Assembly: GCA_965215335.1 (NCBI GenBank)
Contig: CBDCDA010000001.1
Location: 1,280,001 to 1,344,000 of the forward strand
Direction of reading: 5' to 3'
From: an uncultured Candidatus Entotheonella sp.
Lineage (GTDB): Bacteria; Tectomicrobia; Entotheonellia; Entotheonellales; Entotheonellaceae
DNA: 64,000 nucleotides
Under the pieces are notes generated by a model. The model ran no database searches. It saw only the letters and a program-made list of their open reading frames with translations, and had not been told where the DNA came from. The translations under genes were made by a program, and so were the position numbers. How positions within the stretch are numbered: the first letter of the stretch is position 1; each line of letters starts with the position of its first letter. Below are positions 20,510-30,464 of the stretch, in pieces.

Positions 20510-20854
20510 CTAATCCAACAACGAGATGGGACGGCGCCCGGCAAATCCCGTTTCGTAGCGGTGGAAGTGTTCGATGTCGTCCTCGCCGAGCTTCCAGCAG
20601 TAGTAATAGCCGTCTCCCGAGTCGAAATCCGCCACCCACAGGCCCTTGACTTCCACCCCGAGGTTCCTGACGGCCTTGACCCAGTTACCCACCTCGTCAT
20701 TCATGCGTCCTTCGAGACGCCTGGCATCGCGCGGCTCCTCCAGATTCTCCAATTGCTCGCGCATCTCCTCGACGACCTCGTAATAATGCTGCGTCACTTC
20801 CTTGACCCGCGGCAGCAGGTCACGGGCTTCCTGCAGCGTAAACATAGTCATCAT
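20510..20854 (-). CDS. DUF2203 family protein
   Basis: FTLQEARDLLP, GVEVKG..ADF, YCWKLGE..I.HFH...GFAGRRPI. Confidence 0.85.
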   Translation of the reverse strand: MMTMFTLQEARDLLPRVKEVTQHYYEVVEEMREQLENLEEPRDARRLEGRMNDEVGNWVKAVRNLGVEVKGLWVADFDSGDGYYYCWKLGEDDIEHFHRYETGFAGRRPISLLD

Positions 20855-20911
20855 GGTTCCTTCGCAGCGTGACGCGGGCGAAAAAGGGCTTTGGCACGCG
20901 CCGGCCTGGCG

Positions 20912-22366
20912 TCACATGCCGGCAACCTGGGGCGTACGGCTGGCGCGTCCCGATTCCAGGATCGACTCGCAGGCGCGGGCAAGCGCGGGCAGCGCGGCGC
21001 GGTTGGTCGTATACAAGCGATAATGCACCATTTCGTCGGGAATGGGGGCCAGGATGTCCTCCAGCAGTTCACGGCGCGCCTCGCCGGTGGCGGGGTCGTA
21101 GATGCTGATCGGCCATTCGCCGAGCGCCAGCGGGTTGAGGTTTCGCGGGTCCTGCACGGCGGTGTCGAGCTGGAATTCCAGCGCCTCGCTGCCCGCCGGC
21201 AGGGCGTTCCGCAGTCGTTCCACGAGGTGCTCCGGCGCCAGGCTCCGAGCCGTGCGGCGCTCGCGGCCGCGCATCGGCAGGGTGGCGTCGTAGGCCATCT
21301 TCCATTTCACCTGGCGGCCCAGAATCCGGCTCCACTCCTGGCCGAGAGAGCGCTTGGCGGGTGACGGGTCATCGGCCCAGCCGCGCACGGCCTCCAGCAG
21401 CGACCAGTCGGTCAGGCGCAGGTAAGCCGGCAGGTCGTCGAGCGGGTTGCCGGGGAACAGATGGCGCAGGGTAGCGGGGAAAATGTCTCGCAGATGCAGG
21501 TCGATGGCGCGCACGGTGCGGTGAAAGTAGACATTGGCATACAGGTAGAGGCGTGCGTTGAGGAACATCGTCAGGGCGCTGACGCCGCCCTTGTGCAGCG
21601 CCGGGCCGTCTGGTGTGATGACGCTGTAGTGCAGCAGCCTCTCCAGGTCGATGGGCCCGACGGCGACGCCGCACATGTACGAATCTCGCAACACGTAGTC
21701 CAGGTTGTCCGCCGTGTAGATGCCGCCGAGCACCGGTTTGAGGTAGCGCAACCAGCGCGGCGCGCTGGTTGCGCCGGTGTCCTTCTTCTGCATCACGACG
21801 GCGATATGCTCCGGTTGCAGCATCTCGTCGTCGGCGAAGGCGCCGCTAGGACTGCGCCGCAGGGCGCGGAGGGAATCGGCCAATTCGCGCAGGATGATCT
21901 GCTGGCCGAGGGCTTCGTGGCCGATGCCGAATTGCGTCAGGTGATTGTCGTCGAAGAAATGGCCGAAGGGGCCGTGGCCGACGTCGTGCAGCAGGGCGCC
22001 CATGCGTAGCACTTCTTCCACGTACGGCAGCGACGGGCAGGCCGGCTCGACCGCGCGCAGGGACGGGTAGAGCTGCTTGGCGAAGCGCCCGGCGACGTGC
22101 ATGGCGCCGAGGGAATGCTGGAAGCGGCTGTGCTCGGCCCCCGGGTAGACCCAGCGGGCGCTCTGCAACTGGTTGATGTAGCGCAGGCGCTGCACCCACG
22201 GCGTGTCGATGATGTCCTTCTCGGCCACCTCGCGGGCGCCGCCGTGCCGGTCGAGCGGCACGGTGTAGGGCACGTAGGCATGGACCGGGTCGGCAAACAG
22301 CGCCGCGCCGCGATAGTGCCGGCTGACTTCCGGGGGCACGCTGTGGGGTGAGAACGATGACGGCAC
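20912..22366 (-). CDS. HD-domain phosphohydrolase (SAMHD1/dNTPase-like)
   Basis: DPVH, QRLRYINQL, HSRFQHSLG, LLHDVGHGPF, DNLDYVLRDS, VYFHRTVR. Confidence 0.9.
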   Translation of the reverse strand: MPSSFSPHSVPPEVSRHYRGAALFADPVHAYVPYTVPLDRHGGAREVAEKDIIDTPWVQRLRYINQLQSARWVYPGAEHSRFQHSLGAMHVAGRFAKQLYPSLRAVEPACPSLPYVEEVLRMGALLHDVGHGPFGHFFDDNHLTQFGIGHEALGQQIILRELADSLRALRRSPSGAFADDEMLQPEHIAVVMQKKDTGATSAPRWLRYLKPVLGGIYTADNLDYVLRDSYMCGVAVGPIDLERLLHYSVITPDGPALHKGGVSALTMFLNARLYLYANVYFHRTVRAIDLHLRDIFPATLRHLFPGNPLDDLPAYLRLTDWSLLEAVRGWADDPSPAKRSLGQEWSRILGRQVKWKMAYDATLPMRGRERRTARSLAPEHLVERLRNALPAGSEALEFQLDTAVQDPRNLNPLALGEWPISIYDPATGEARRELLEDILAPIPDEMVHYRLYTTNRAALPALARACESILESGRASRTPQVAGM

Positions 22367-22441
22367 GGTGGCAGGCCTTTACGCTGTTCGTCACAGCATC
22401 GCAGGGGGTTACGGAACACCTGTAAAGTGGGGCGCAGCCTA

Positions 22442-23284
22442 GGCTCAGGACCTATAAAAGGGCATCATTGGTCATGTAGGATTCAAGACCCTGACTTCAT
22501 AAGGAGGTTCATCATGCCCGATCACTGCTTCTGGCTATCCGACGTGCAGTTTGCCCGCCTGAAACCCCTGCTACCCAACAAGGTGCGGGGCGTCCCACGC
22601 GTCGATGACCGAAAAGTCATCAGCGGCATCATCCACGTCATTCGATACGGTCTGATGTGGCGCCACGCGCCCGCCTGCTACGGTCCCCACAAGACGCTCT
22701 ACAACCGCTTCGTGCGCTGGAGCAAGGCCGGTGTCTTCGACCGCATCTTCCAAACCTTGGCCGCCGACAGCACGGCCACCGAGACCGTCATGATCGACAG
22801 CACGCATCTCAAGGCGCATCGCACCGCTGCCAGCCTGCTTGAGGGGGGGCTTTTCCGCGTCATATCGGGCGTACCCGAGGCGGCCTCAACTCGAAACTTC
22901 ACGCCGTCTGCGACGGCGACGGCAAGCCCGTCGTCATGGTGTTGACTGCGGGCCAGGTCAGCGACTATCGCGGGGCAGACATGGCGCTGCCCGCATTGCC
23001 GGAGGCCGACGTGCTGATTGCCGACAAGGGTTATGACAGCAACCGGCTGCGCAAGGCGCTTGCCGAGCGCAAGATCAAGCCCTGTATTCCAGGCCGTGCC
23101 AATCGTAAAGAGCCGATTGTCTACGACACGGAGCTTTACAAGAGCCGTAATCTCATCGAGCGCCTGTTCGGTCGTCTCAAGGATTGGCGTCGCATCGCCA
23201 CGCGCTATGACCGGTGTGCGCACACCTTTTTCAGTGCCATCTGCCTTGCTGCCACGGTCATCTTCTGGATATGAGTCCTGAACC
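22442..23284 (+). mobile_element. IS5 family element, full length (843 bp), two-ORF frameshift type
   Basis: TIRs GGCTCAGGAC / GTCCTGAACC with TA flanks; orfA from 22514, orfB to 23274 with ADKGYDS and RRIATRYD. Confidence 0.95.
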
Positions 23285-23387
23285 TAGCAAATGCGCCTTG
23301 CCGACGCAATTTCGCACCGCCACCTATGCTCGAGAGTCCAGATGTGGGAACATGGGGACAAACTCGAGAGGACAACCATCATGGACG

Positions 23388-23520
23388 CAGGGTAAGCGCA
23401 TATGAGTATTGCCATGCGTCTGGTTCCAGCAGTTCCTCGAGTTACCCCTTGACATTCCGTCGCGGTAAGGGCTCGACGGAAGCGGACTGGCCCCGGATAA
23501 CGCCATATGCGCTTACCCTG
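23388..23520. mobile_element. 133-bp MITE with ISAs1-like ends
   Basis: Perfect 17-bp TIR CAGGGTAAGCGCATATG; 10-bp TSD ATCATGGACG at 23378-23387 and 23521-23530. Confidence 0.88.
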
Positions 23521-23534
23521 ATCATGGACGCGAC

Positions 23535-23592
23535 TGTATGGCCCCGGGATTAGATGGTATGGATTGATTCTGAATCTTTGCGGCTCCGAAGA
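23535..23592 (-). mobile_element. IS481 right-end fragment
   Basis: Encodes SEPQRFRINPYHLIPGPY; similar to 26854-26897. Confidence 0.7.
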
Positions 23593-23769
23593 AGGTCTGC
23601 TGCCGGACGACCCTTCCGGGCGGGATCGATTCCTCAGAACATCCGATCCGTATGAACTCCGCCGGCGTGGCTTGGACACGGACAACCGGGGCCTTGTCAC
23701 CGCGGCATGGAACTTTTTCCGTAGCCTTCCCCGCTCGACGTCGTGTGCCCTGATCGGGCCTCGTTTCGT

Positions 23770-24100
23770 TTGTGGCCAGTGGCTCTGGGTGACTGGCTCT
23801 GGGTGACGGGTATGCGCCTGCCCTCCGGGGCTTGCCTGATCGTGGTGTCGAGTCTTCAGAGCCGTCAAGCCCTGGAGCGCTACAGGCGGCGATGGCAGAT
23901 CGAGGCGCTCGAATCCAGAGGGTTCAACCTGGAGACGTCAGGTGGGAACCTGGCGGCATGCGGTCAAGCCGATTGCGCTCAAGACGCATCAGAGACCCGC
24001 GAAGAGCCTGTTTCGCCATGGCTTTGACGGCATTCGGCAAGCCGTTCCCGATACGGCGGACAACCGGGAGGCACTGGAGCGGGTCCTGAATCTGCTGTGG
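23770..24100 (+). pseudogene. IS4-like transposase remnant
   Basis: ALERYRRRWQIE...SRGFNLET and KSLFRHG fragments. Confidence 0.65.
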
Positions 24101-24263
24101 CAGGTGCTCATGTCGCCCAAATCGCTTCTCCATCCACTCTGCCCGATATAATTTTTCGTGTACAGTGGATACGTCCAGTCGCCAGATTAAGACCCCCAAC
24201 ACGCTCAAGATGCACCAAGGTCACCGTAGACCCGCTGGGGATTGTGAGGCCCGTCCATGATCA

Positions 24264-24460
24264 GGCTCAGGACCTATAAAGAGCTACCATTGAACATATC
24301 GGATTCAAGACCCTGACTCCATAGGGAGGCTCATCATGCCCGATCATCACTTCTGGCCCTCCGATGCGGAGTCTGCCCGACTTCAACCCCTGCTGCCCAA
24401 CAAGGTGCGCGGCGTCCCACGCGTCGATGACCGAAAGGTCATCAGCGGCATCATCCATCT
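24264..24460 (+). mobile_element. IS5 left-end fragment
   Basis: GGCTCAGGACCTATAAAG followed by a degenerate orfA start. Confidence 0.85.
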
Positions 24461-24539
24461 TATTCGCCACTGTACACGACAAAATTACATGGGGTAGAGC
24501 GGCGGGCGTAACGTTTTGGGCGACGTGGCCGCCTAGCAC

Positions 24540-24870
24540 ATCAGACGCAGCAATCGCTCAAGCTCGCCACCCGCCCCTGACGCCTTGAGCACCACCCGAC
24601 GAATGCCATCGAAGCCAGAGCGAAAAACACTCGGCGCCGGGTGGTCATGTGTCTTGAGCCGAAAGCACTTGGCGTGTCTGCCGCCAGGCAGACACCTGAC
24701 AGGCCCGACAAAAGGCTGTCGCCAACACGCCAAACAACGTCTCCAAGCGCTCGCCTCGAAGTTGAACCCTCTCGATTTCAGAGCCGCAAAGAGAACTTCA
24801 ATCTTCCACCGTCCTGGCAACCTTCTTGGCTGACCAACAGACCGCCAAGCTGCCAGACAAACCGGAGCTT
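24540..24870 (-). pseudogene. IS4-like transposase remnant
   Basis: RWKIEVLFAALKSRGFNFE and SVFRSGFDGIR fragments. Confidence 0.65.
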
Positions 24871-24875
24871 CCTCG

Positions 24876-26450
24876 ATGGGCAAGGCCGTGCTACTTGATT
24901 CCTTCCGGCAAGGAATTAGCAAGGACTGGAGACAGGCCGAATTCAACAGTTATTTGCTGATCGGTCTGATATTCTCCATTCCTTTTTCCACCTCGGCAAG
25001 CAGTATTCTTTCCTTCTTGATTTTTATCAGATGGTTACTGCAAACCAATTTCAGGAATGACTGGAATCAACTCAAGTCCAACCGACTGGTTAGGGCATGT
25101 TTCCTGTTTTTGGGTCTGCACATGATTGGTTTGCTGTGGACATCGGATCCGATGCATGGGTTGGTGGTGATGAAAAAAGAATGGAAACTTTTACTGTTAC
25201 CCTGTTTCATGTTTTGCGTGAAGAAGGAGCATATCAGTCATTATATGAGCGCTTTGGTTCTGGCGATGGCCATTTGTGTCATGATTTCCTACGGCATCTG
25301 GCTGGAAGTTATTCCACCTATAAACCGGGCAACGGTTAACAATCCGGTCCCGTTCGGGACGCACATTACGTATAATCCAGTGTTGGCACTGGCCATTTAT
25401 CTGTTGGCGCGCAGCCTGCTGTTTGACAAGCGCACTTCCATTATTCAACAGGGATTTTATTTATCCCTCTTGACGACAATGACGATCAACATGTTCATTA
25501 CGGGTGGTCGTTCCGGACAGGTCATGTTTTTTGCCACTATCGTTGTCCTGGGGTTTCAGTATTTTCGGGGGCAGTTTTTCAAGGCGGGTGCGACGGCGGT
25601 TGTTATTGTGGTCAGTACCTTGGTCATGGCCTACTCATTCAGTGATCTTTTCCGACAACGGTTGTTGGGGGCCATTAGCCATCAGGACACCTCCACCCAG
25701 CAGAGAATAGCCTACGTAGCGAGTGGGCTGAAAATCTTTCTCAGACATCCGCTTATTGGTGTGGGGACAGGTGACTTGCCCGCCGAACTGAAAAAAACGC
25801 AATCGTACAGTTCCAGCTACGAGGTGCATCTCATCGACAACAGCCTCGTCTATGCAAGGGAGACGTGCAATCAGGAGGACACCGCCGCACCGTTCTTCTT
25901 GCACCTGGTCCCGGTGGACGAGCGTGACCTGCCCGACCATCGAAGGCGATACGGCTTCGACAATCTCGACTTTCGTTTCGACAGCTACCGCCTTGTCGAG
26001 GGAAATGGCTGTGCGGCGATGCGGGAGTTGCCGGGCTACGCCATCGCCGAAATCCGGACTGGTCAGTATGTCCCCGGTGAGTTTCCCATCTGGAGGGTCT
26101 ATTTCGATATCGCTGGGCAGGTGGCAGTACCAGCGAGCGATTACCTGACAGGATTGATCGGCGATAGCGGACCAGTCATCCGAGGATCAGAAGTTGCAGA
26201 CGTGAATCCTCACAATATGTACATCATGGAAATGATACAGTTCGGCACACTTGGCCTGGTAAGCTTGTTGTATATATTCTACGTCCAGATTCGCCATGCC
26301 CTCGGCACGCAACATGTCATCCTCAGACAAGTCGGCGTGGCACTTCCCTTGTTCTTTCTGCTGGTGAACTTTGGCGAATCCTACCTGTACGTTCATGCGA
26401 CATCGTTGCTGTTTACGGTATTCAGCTCCTTTCTGTACAAAGAAATTTAG
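24876..26450 (+). CDS. O-antigen ligase (WaaL/Wzy_C)-like membrane protein with inserted soluble domain
   Basis: TM helices, ITGGRSG, HPLIGVGTGD, NPHNMY...FGTLG; more AT-rich than the host; stop codon at the IS5 junction; native N-terminus may be lost. Confidence 0.8.
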   Translation: MGKAVLLDSFRQGISKDWRQAEFNSYLLIGLIFSIPFSTSASSILSFLIFIRWLLQTNFRNDWNQLKSNRLVRACFLFLGLHMIGLLWTSDPMHGLVVMKKEWKLLLLPCFMFCVKKEHISHYMSALVLAMAICVMISYGIWLEVIPPINRATVNNPVPFGTHITYNPVLALAIYLLARSLLFDKRTSIIQQGFYLSLLTTMTINMFITGGRSGQVMFFATIVVLGFQYFRGQFFKAGATAVVIVVSTLVMAYSFSDLFRQRLLGAISHQDTSTQQRIAYVASGLKIFLRHPLIGVGTGDLPAELKKTQSYSSSYEVHLIDNSLVYARETCNQEDTAAPFFLHLVPVDERDLPDHRRRYGFDNLDFRFDSYRLVEGNGCAAMRELPGYAIAEIRTGQYVPGEFPIWRVYFDIAGQVAVPASDYLTGLIGDSGPVIRGSEVADVNPHNMYIMEMIQFGTLGLVSLLYIFYVQIRHALGTQHVILRQVGVALPLFFLLVNFGESYLYVHATSLLFTVFSSFLYKEI

Positions 26451-26610
26451 GCTCAGGACTCATGACCAGAAATTAACCATGGCAGCAATACAGATAGCGC
26501 TGTAGAAAGTGTGTGCACAGCGATCATACCGCGTGGCGATGCGACGCCAATCTTTGAGTCTGCCTTGCTTGGCAAGCGCCTTGCGCAACCGGTTGCTGTC
26601 GTTACCCTCA
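26450..26610 (-). mobile_element. IS5 right-end fragment
   Basis: GGCTCAGGACTCATG end after TA; homologous to the 3' end of orfB. Confidence 0.8.
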
Positions 26611-26611
26611 C

Positions 26612-26844
26612 TCGCCGGCGGGCGGTGCTGTTCAGCACCGATACCGACGTGGATGTGCAGAGCCTCTATCGCGCCTGCAAAGCGCGCTTCCAGATCGAAT
26701 TTCTCTTCCGAGACGGCCAGGCCGTTTACGTCTCTGAGTGCCTGTCAAGCGCGCTCCCAAGCCAAGCTGCATGCTCACTTCAATGCGAGCCTGAGTGCTC
26801 TGAGCTTGGGCAAACTGGAAGCTCGGCAGCAAGGCGGCGCGTAG
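26612..26844 (+). pseudogene. DDE transposase remnant (IS4-like)
   Basis: AVLFSTD...ARFQIEFLFRDG and LHAHFNASL fragments. Confidence 0.6.
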
Positions 26845-27746
26845 GTTTACGATCCCGGGATTAGATGGTATGGATTTATTTTGAATCTTTGCAGCTCCAA
26901 TGTCCAGACCTTGCAGATGTATTCGGGCCTGTGGACATTCACAAAATCCTTGGCCATAATGGGACAGGCCCCAACCCCGTTCCGACGCTTCCGAAGATGG
27001 GCCCTGAAGGGCGTCTTCAAGAGGGTCTTCGAGGTCTTGTCGGTCGATGCCGACTTCGAGTACGTGCTCAGCTCGTGCTGCTGCCGGGTCAGCGCCATGA
27101 CCTGATTGGCGTCCCGCCACTGCTCGAGGGTGTCGAGTTCGAGGCGCTGATTGCCGACAAGGCTTACGACAGCAATGACTTGCGGGCCGAGTTGGGAGTC
27201 CGTGCGGCGACGGCGGTGATTCCTCCCAGGTCCAATCGTGTCGAGGCCATCGACTACGATACGGAGATGTACAAGTGGCGTCACCTGGTGGAGAATTGCT
27301 TTTGCAAGCTCAAGCATTTTCGTCGTCTTGCGATGCGTTTCGAGAAGACCGACGTCAGCTACGCCGCGATGGTCCATGCGGTGAGTTCTCGCCTGGTACT
27401 TGCCTAAATGTCCACAGACCTTCGTAGTAGGGCGTCAGATCCTGCAGGGTCTTGAGACGGCGCGCGAAGTTGTAGGCCGACAGAAAGTCATCCAGGTGGC
27501 TGCGTAGTCAGGCATGACTCTCGTAACGGTAGCCTCCTTGACCGTTCGGTTCATGCGCTCAGCCTGAGCGTTGGTCCACGGATGGTTGGGCTTTCGTCAG
27601 AAGGTACTCGATCCCATGTCGCCAACACGCCCGGTCGAACAGGTGACCGTGCAAGCGTGCCGTGGCGCTGCCGTGAAGTACCTGTCCCATAGGGCCTCCT
27701 TCGATTGTACGGAAAGGATCGAACCATCAATCCTTGGGACTACACA
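26845..27746 (-). mobile_element. IS481 remnant with nested IS5-like element
   Basis: Left end TGTGTAGTCCCAAGGATTGATGG; MGQVLHGSAT start; C-terminal YICKVWT..QRFKINPYHLIPG. Confidence 0.8.
26926..27420 (+). mobile_element. Internally deleted IS5-family element (different TIR type)
   Basis: Ends GGCCTGTGGACATT / AATGTCCACAGACC; 4-bp TSD TTCG; ADKAYDS and YKWRHLVENCFCKLKHFRR. Confidence 0.85.
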
Positions 27747-27800
27747 CGGAATCCCACATTCTCCATTCGCCCGGCCTCATGCCGCCGAGGAATCAACGCT

Positions 27801-30176
27801 CTACGCAATGACGCCCGCTTCCATAAGCCTGTCGAGTTCCGACTCCGAGAGTCCCAGGAGGCCGCGAAACACCTCCTCATTTGCCTCGCCCAGCGGCCCT
27901 ACGGGCCTTTGAATCCGGCCCGGCGTGGCGTGCAGCCGCACCGACATGCCGGGGTGTTCGAGGGTGCCGAGGTCGTGATGCGCCATCATCACCGGATAAT
28001 CCCGCGCTCGCAAATGCACGTCCCGCCACAGGTCCTCAGCCGTCTGCATGACGCCTGACGGCACCCCGGCCGCCTGCAGGTCGCGCATGAGCTGGTACGG
28101 CGTCCAGTCGCGCGTCCACTTGCTGAGCAACTCGTCGATCTCGTTGTGTCGCTGCCAGCGTTGTTCTGCCGTGGCCAAGCTGGCATCGTCGGCCAGCGCT
28201 TCGCCGCCAATCATCGTCGCCAAGGCGCGCCACTGCGCGTCGGTGGTACAACTGATGACACACCACGCCTCATGTCCGATGCACGGATAGCAGCCCTGCG
28301 GTACCACGTTCGGATCGCGGTTGCCCATGGGCTCGGCCACCTTGCCGTTGGCGAAATAATCGAGATAGACCCGTTCCATGGCGGCAATCGTTGCCTCCAC
28401 CTGGGCGATTTCAATGTGCTGCCCGTGGCCCGTGGCCGCCCGGTGATGCAGGGCCGCCATCACTGCCAGCGTCTGCGTGGCGGCCACGATGTAGTCCGGC
28501 TGCGCCACCTTGACACGCGCGTTCGGCGGCGAGTCGGCGTGGCCCCACAGGTACGACATGCCGGTATAGGCCATCAGCGGGCCGCCAAAGCTGACGAAGC
28601 CGCCGTGCGGCCCTCGGCGCCCATAGCCCGGCAGGCTGACCATGATGAGGTCGGACCGCACCGCCTTCAAATGGGTGTAGTCCAGGTCGTACTTGGCCAT
28701 GACGCGCGGGCTGAAATTCTCGACCACCACGTCGCTGACGGCCACCAGGCGCCGCAGCAGGTCTTGGCCCTCGGGGGTCTGGAAATTCAGTGTCACCGAG
28801 CGCTTGTTGCGATTGACCTCACCGTATCCAGGGTCGTCCGGCTGCCGCCCGTCGGGGTACTTGCCGGTCTCTACCTTGATGACATCGGCGCCGAAATCCG
28901 CCAGGTAGCGGGTTCCGTAGGGGCCGGCCCAGGCGCGGCTGAGGTCCAGGACACGAAGACCGACCAGGGGCAGGCGGCGCCCGATACCCTTGGCAGGGGC
29001 AGGCAGCCGTTGCGGTGCTGTCTCGAGCTCGGCCAGCACTTCGTCCTGGTGCTCTCCGGCGCGCGGCGCCGGGCGCCGAATCCGCAGCGGCGCGGCAGCG
29101 GCGAGAAACATCGGCCCCGAGCTGCACAGGCGGCCAACCGGCGGTTGCTCGAAGTCGACGAAAAATTCGCGGGCGCGAAGGTGCTCGTTGCCCGCCACGT
29201 CCGCCACACTGGACCATGGAGCGGCCGGCACGCCGCGACTCTGCAGCAGGTTGGTCAGCGACCAGCGATCAAAGTCCGCCGCGAATTCCTCCAGAATCGG
29301 ATCGACCTGTTCCGGGTGCTCGTTGCGGTAATCGGGATCCCGCAGAGCCTCGCCCGTCAGCCGCGGGTCGCCGACCGCGTCGACTAGCTTCTCCCACAGG
29401 CCCGACATCAGGGTAGCGATGAACACGTGGCCGTCCTGGCAGCGGTAATAGCCGTTCGGCGGCATGAAATTGCGCGCCCCGATGCGGTACGGAATGTCGC
29501 TCCACAAGCCGTAATTCACCAGCAGGAAATACAGGTTGGCCAGCACCTCCTGTACGCTGGTTTCCACCAGTTGGCCGCGCCCACTGGCGCGGCGCTCCCA
29601 CAGCGCCATCAGGGCACCGAAGGCGGCGTGCAGGCTGGCCAGATAGACGCCCTGCTCGCACGGCGACACGCACGGCGGCTTGGCGTCGTCGCCCTGAATG
29701 TACGTCAGCCCGCCCATGGCCTCGGCGATGATGTTGTTGCCGGCGTAGCCGCTGTGCGGCCCGCTGAGGCCGAAGGTGGATATGGACAGCCACACCAGGC
29801 GCGGGTACGACGACGCCAGTTCGTTCAGGTCAATCCCCCTGGCCGCCCAGGCGTCGATGCCGTCGGTGCTCACCACCACGTCGGCCCGCTCGGCCAGGCT
29901 GCAAAAGCGCTCCTGATCCCGGCGTTGCGCCAGATCGAACATCACGCTGCGTTTGTTCACGTTGGCCCGCACAAAGGGCAGGCTGAGGCGTTCGTCCCCC
30001 GTGCCGACGAACGGAGAGGCGTGGCGCCCCGCATCCCCCTCCGGCGGTTCGATTTTGATGACGTCGGCGCCCAGGTCGGCCAGAAAGCGGCCCACGAGAG
30101 CGCCCAGCGGCTCGGTGACTTCCAGAACCCGCACGCCCTGAAGCATGCCGGGAAGTTGATCGGGATTGTCTGTCAT
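27801..30176 (-). CDS. CaiB/BaiF family III CoA-transferase, two fused domains
   Basis: Two LADxGADVIKxE and NKRSV motifs. Confidence 0.92.
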   Translation of the reverse strand: MTDNPDQLPGMLQGVRVLEVTEPLGALVGRFLADLGADVIKIEPPEGDAGRHASPFVGTGDERLSLPFVRANVNKRSVMFDLAQRRDQERFCSLAERADVVVSTDGIDAWAARGIDLNELASSYPRLVWLSISTFGLSGPHSGYAGNNIIAEAMGGLTYIQGDDAKPPCVSPCEQGVYLASLHAAFGALMALWERRASGRGQLVETSVQEVLANLYFLLVNYGLWSDIPYRIGARNFMPPNGYYRCQDGHVFIATLMSGLWEKLVDAVGDPRLTGEALRDPDYRNEHPEQVDPILEEFAADFDRWSLTNLLQSRGVPAAPWSSVADVAGNEHLRAREFFVDFEQPPVGRLCSSGPMFLAAAAPLRIRRPAPRAGEHQDEVLAELETAPQRLPAPAKGIGRRLPLVGLRVLDLSRAWAGPYGTRYLADFGADVIKVETGKYPDGRQPDDPGYGEVNRNKRSVTLNFQTPEGQDLLRRLVAVSDVVVENFSPRVMAKYDLDYTHLKAVRSDLIMVSLPGYGRRGPHGGFVSFGGPLMAYTGMSYLWGHADSPPNARVKVAQPDYIVAATQTLAVMAALHHRAATGHGQHIEIAQVEATIAAMERVYLDYFANGKVAEPMGNRDPNVVPQGCYPCIGHEAWCVISCTTDAQWRALATMIGGEALADDASLATAEQRWQRHNEIDELLSKWTRDWTPYQLMRDLQAAGVPSGVMQTAEDLWRDVHLRARDYPVMMAHHDLGTLEHPGMSVRLHATPGRIQRPVGPLGEANEEVFRGLLGLSESELDRLMEAGVIA

Positions 30177-30464
30177 TCTGATGGCTCCCTTGACTCAGAC
30201 TCAATACGGTTGAACAAACAAACGACTCCAACAATCACCAATATGGACAACGCTGCCTGCCATTCGTTGCGGGCTGGAAGCCCGCACGCCCAAGAGGCCT
30301 CCCTCCGGGAAAGGGTTGGGATGAGGGGGATCGTCATGCGCGATCGCTTTATAGGCCCAACCCGGCCCCTTGTGCTGGCAGCAAAACACGTGTATATCTG
30401 CCACGCGACAACGTGCGCGGTGCTGGCCGGCTAAGGTGTGGACTCCAACGGAGAGAGACCGTTC

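Noticed and set aside
20912..22366. Anti-phage dNTPase
   Set aside because: An HD-family enzyme in host-like GC and housekeeping context; nothing in the sequence supports a defence role.
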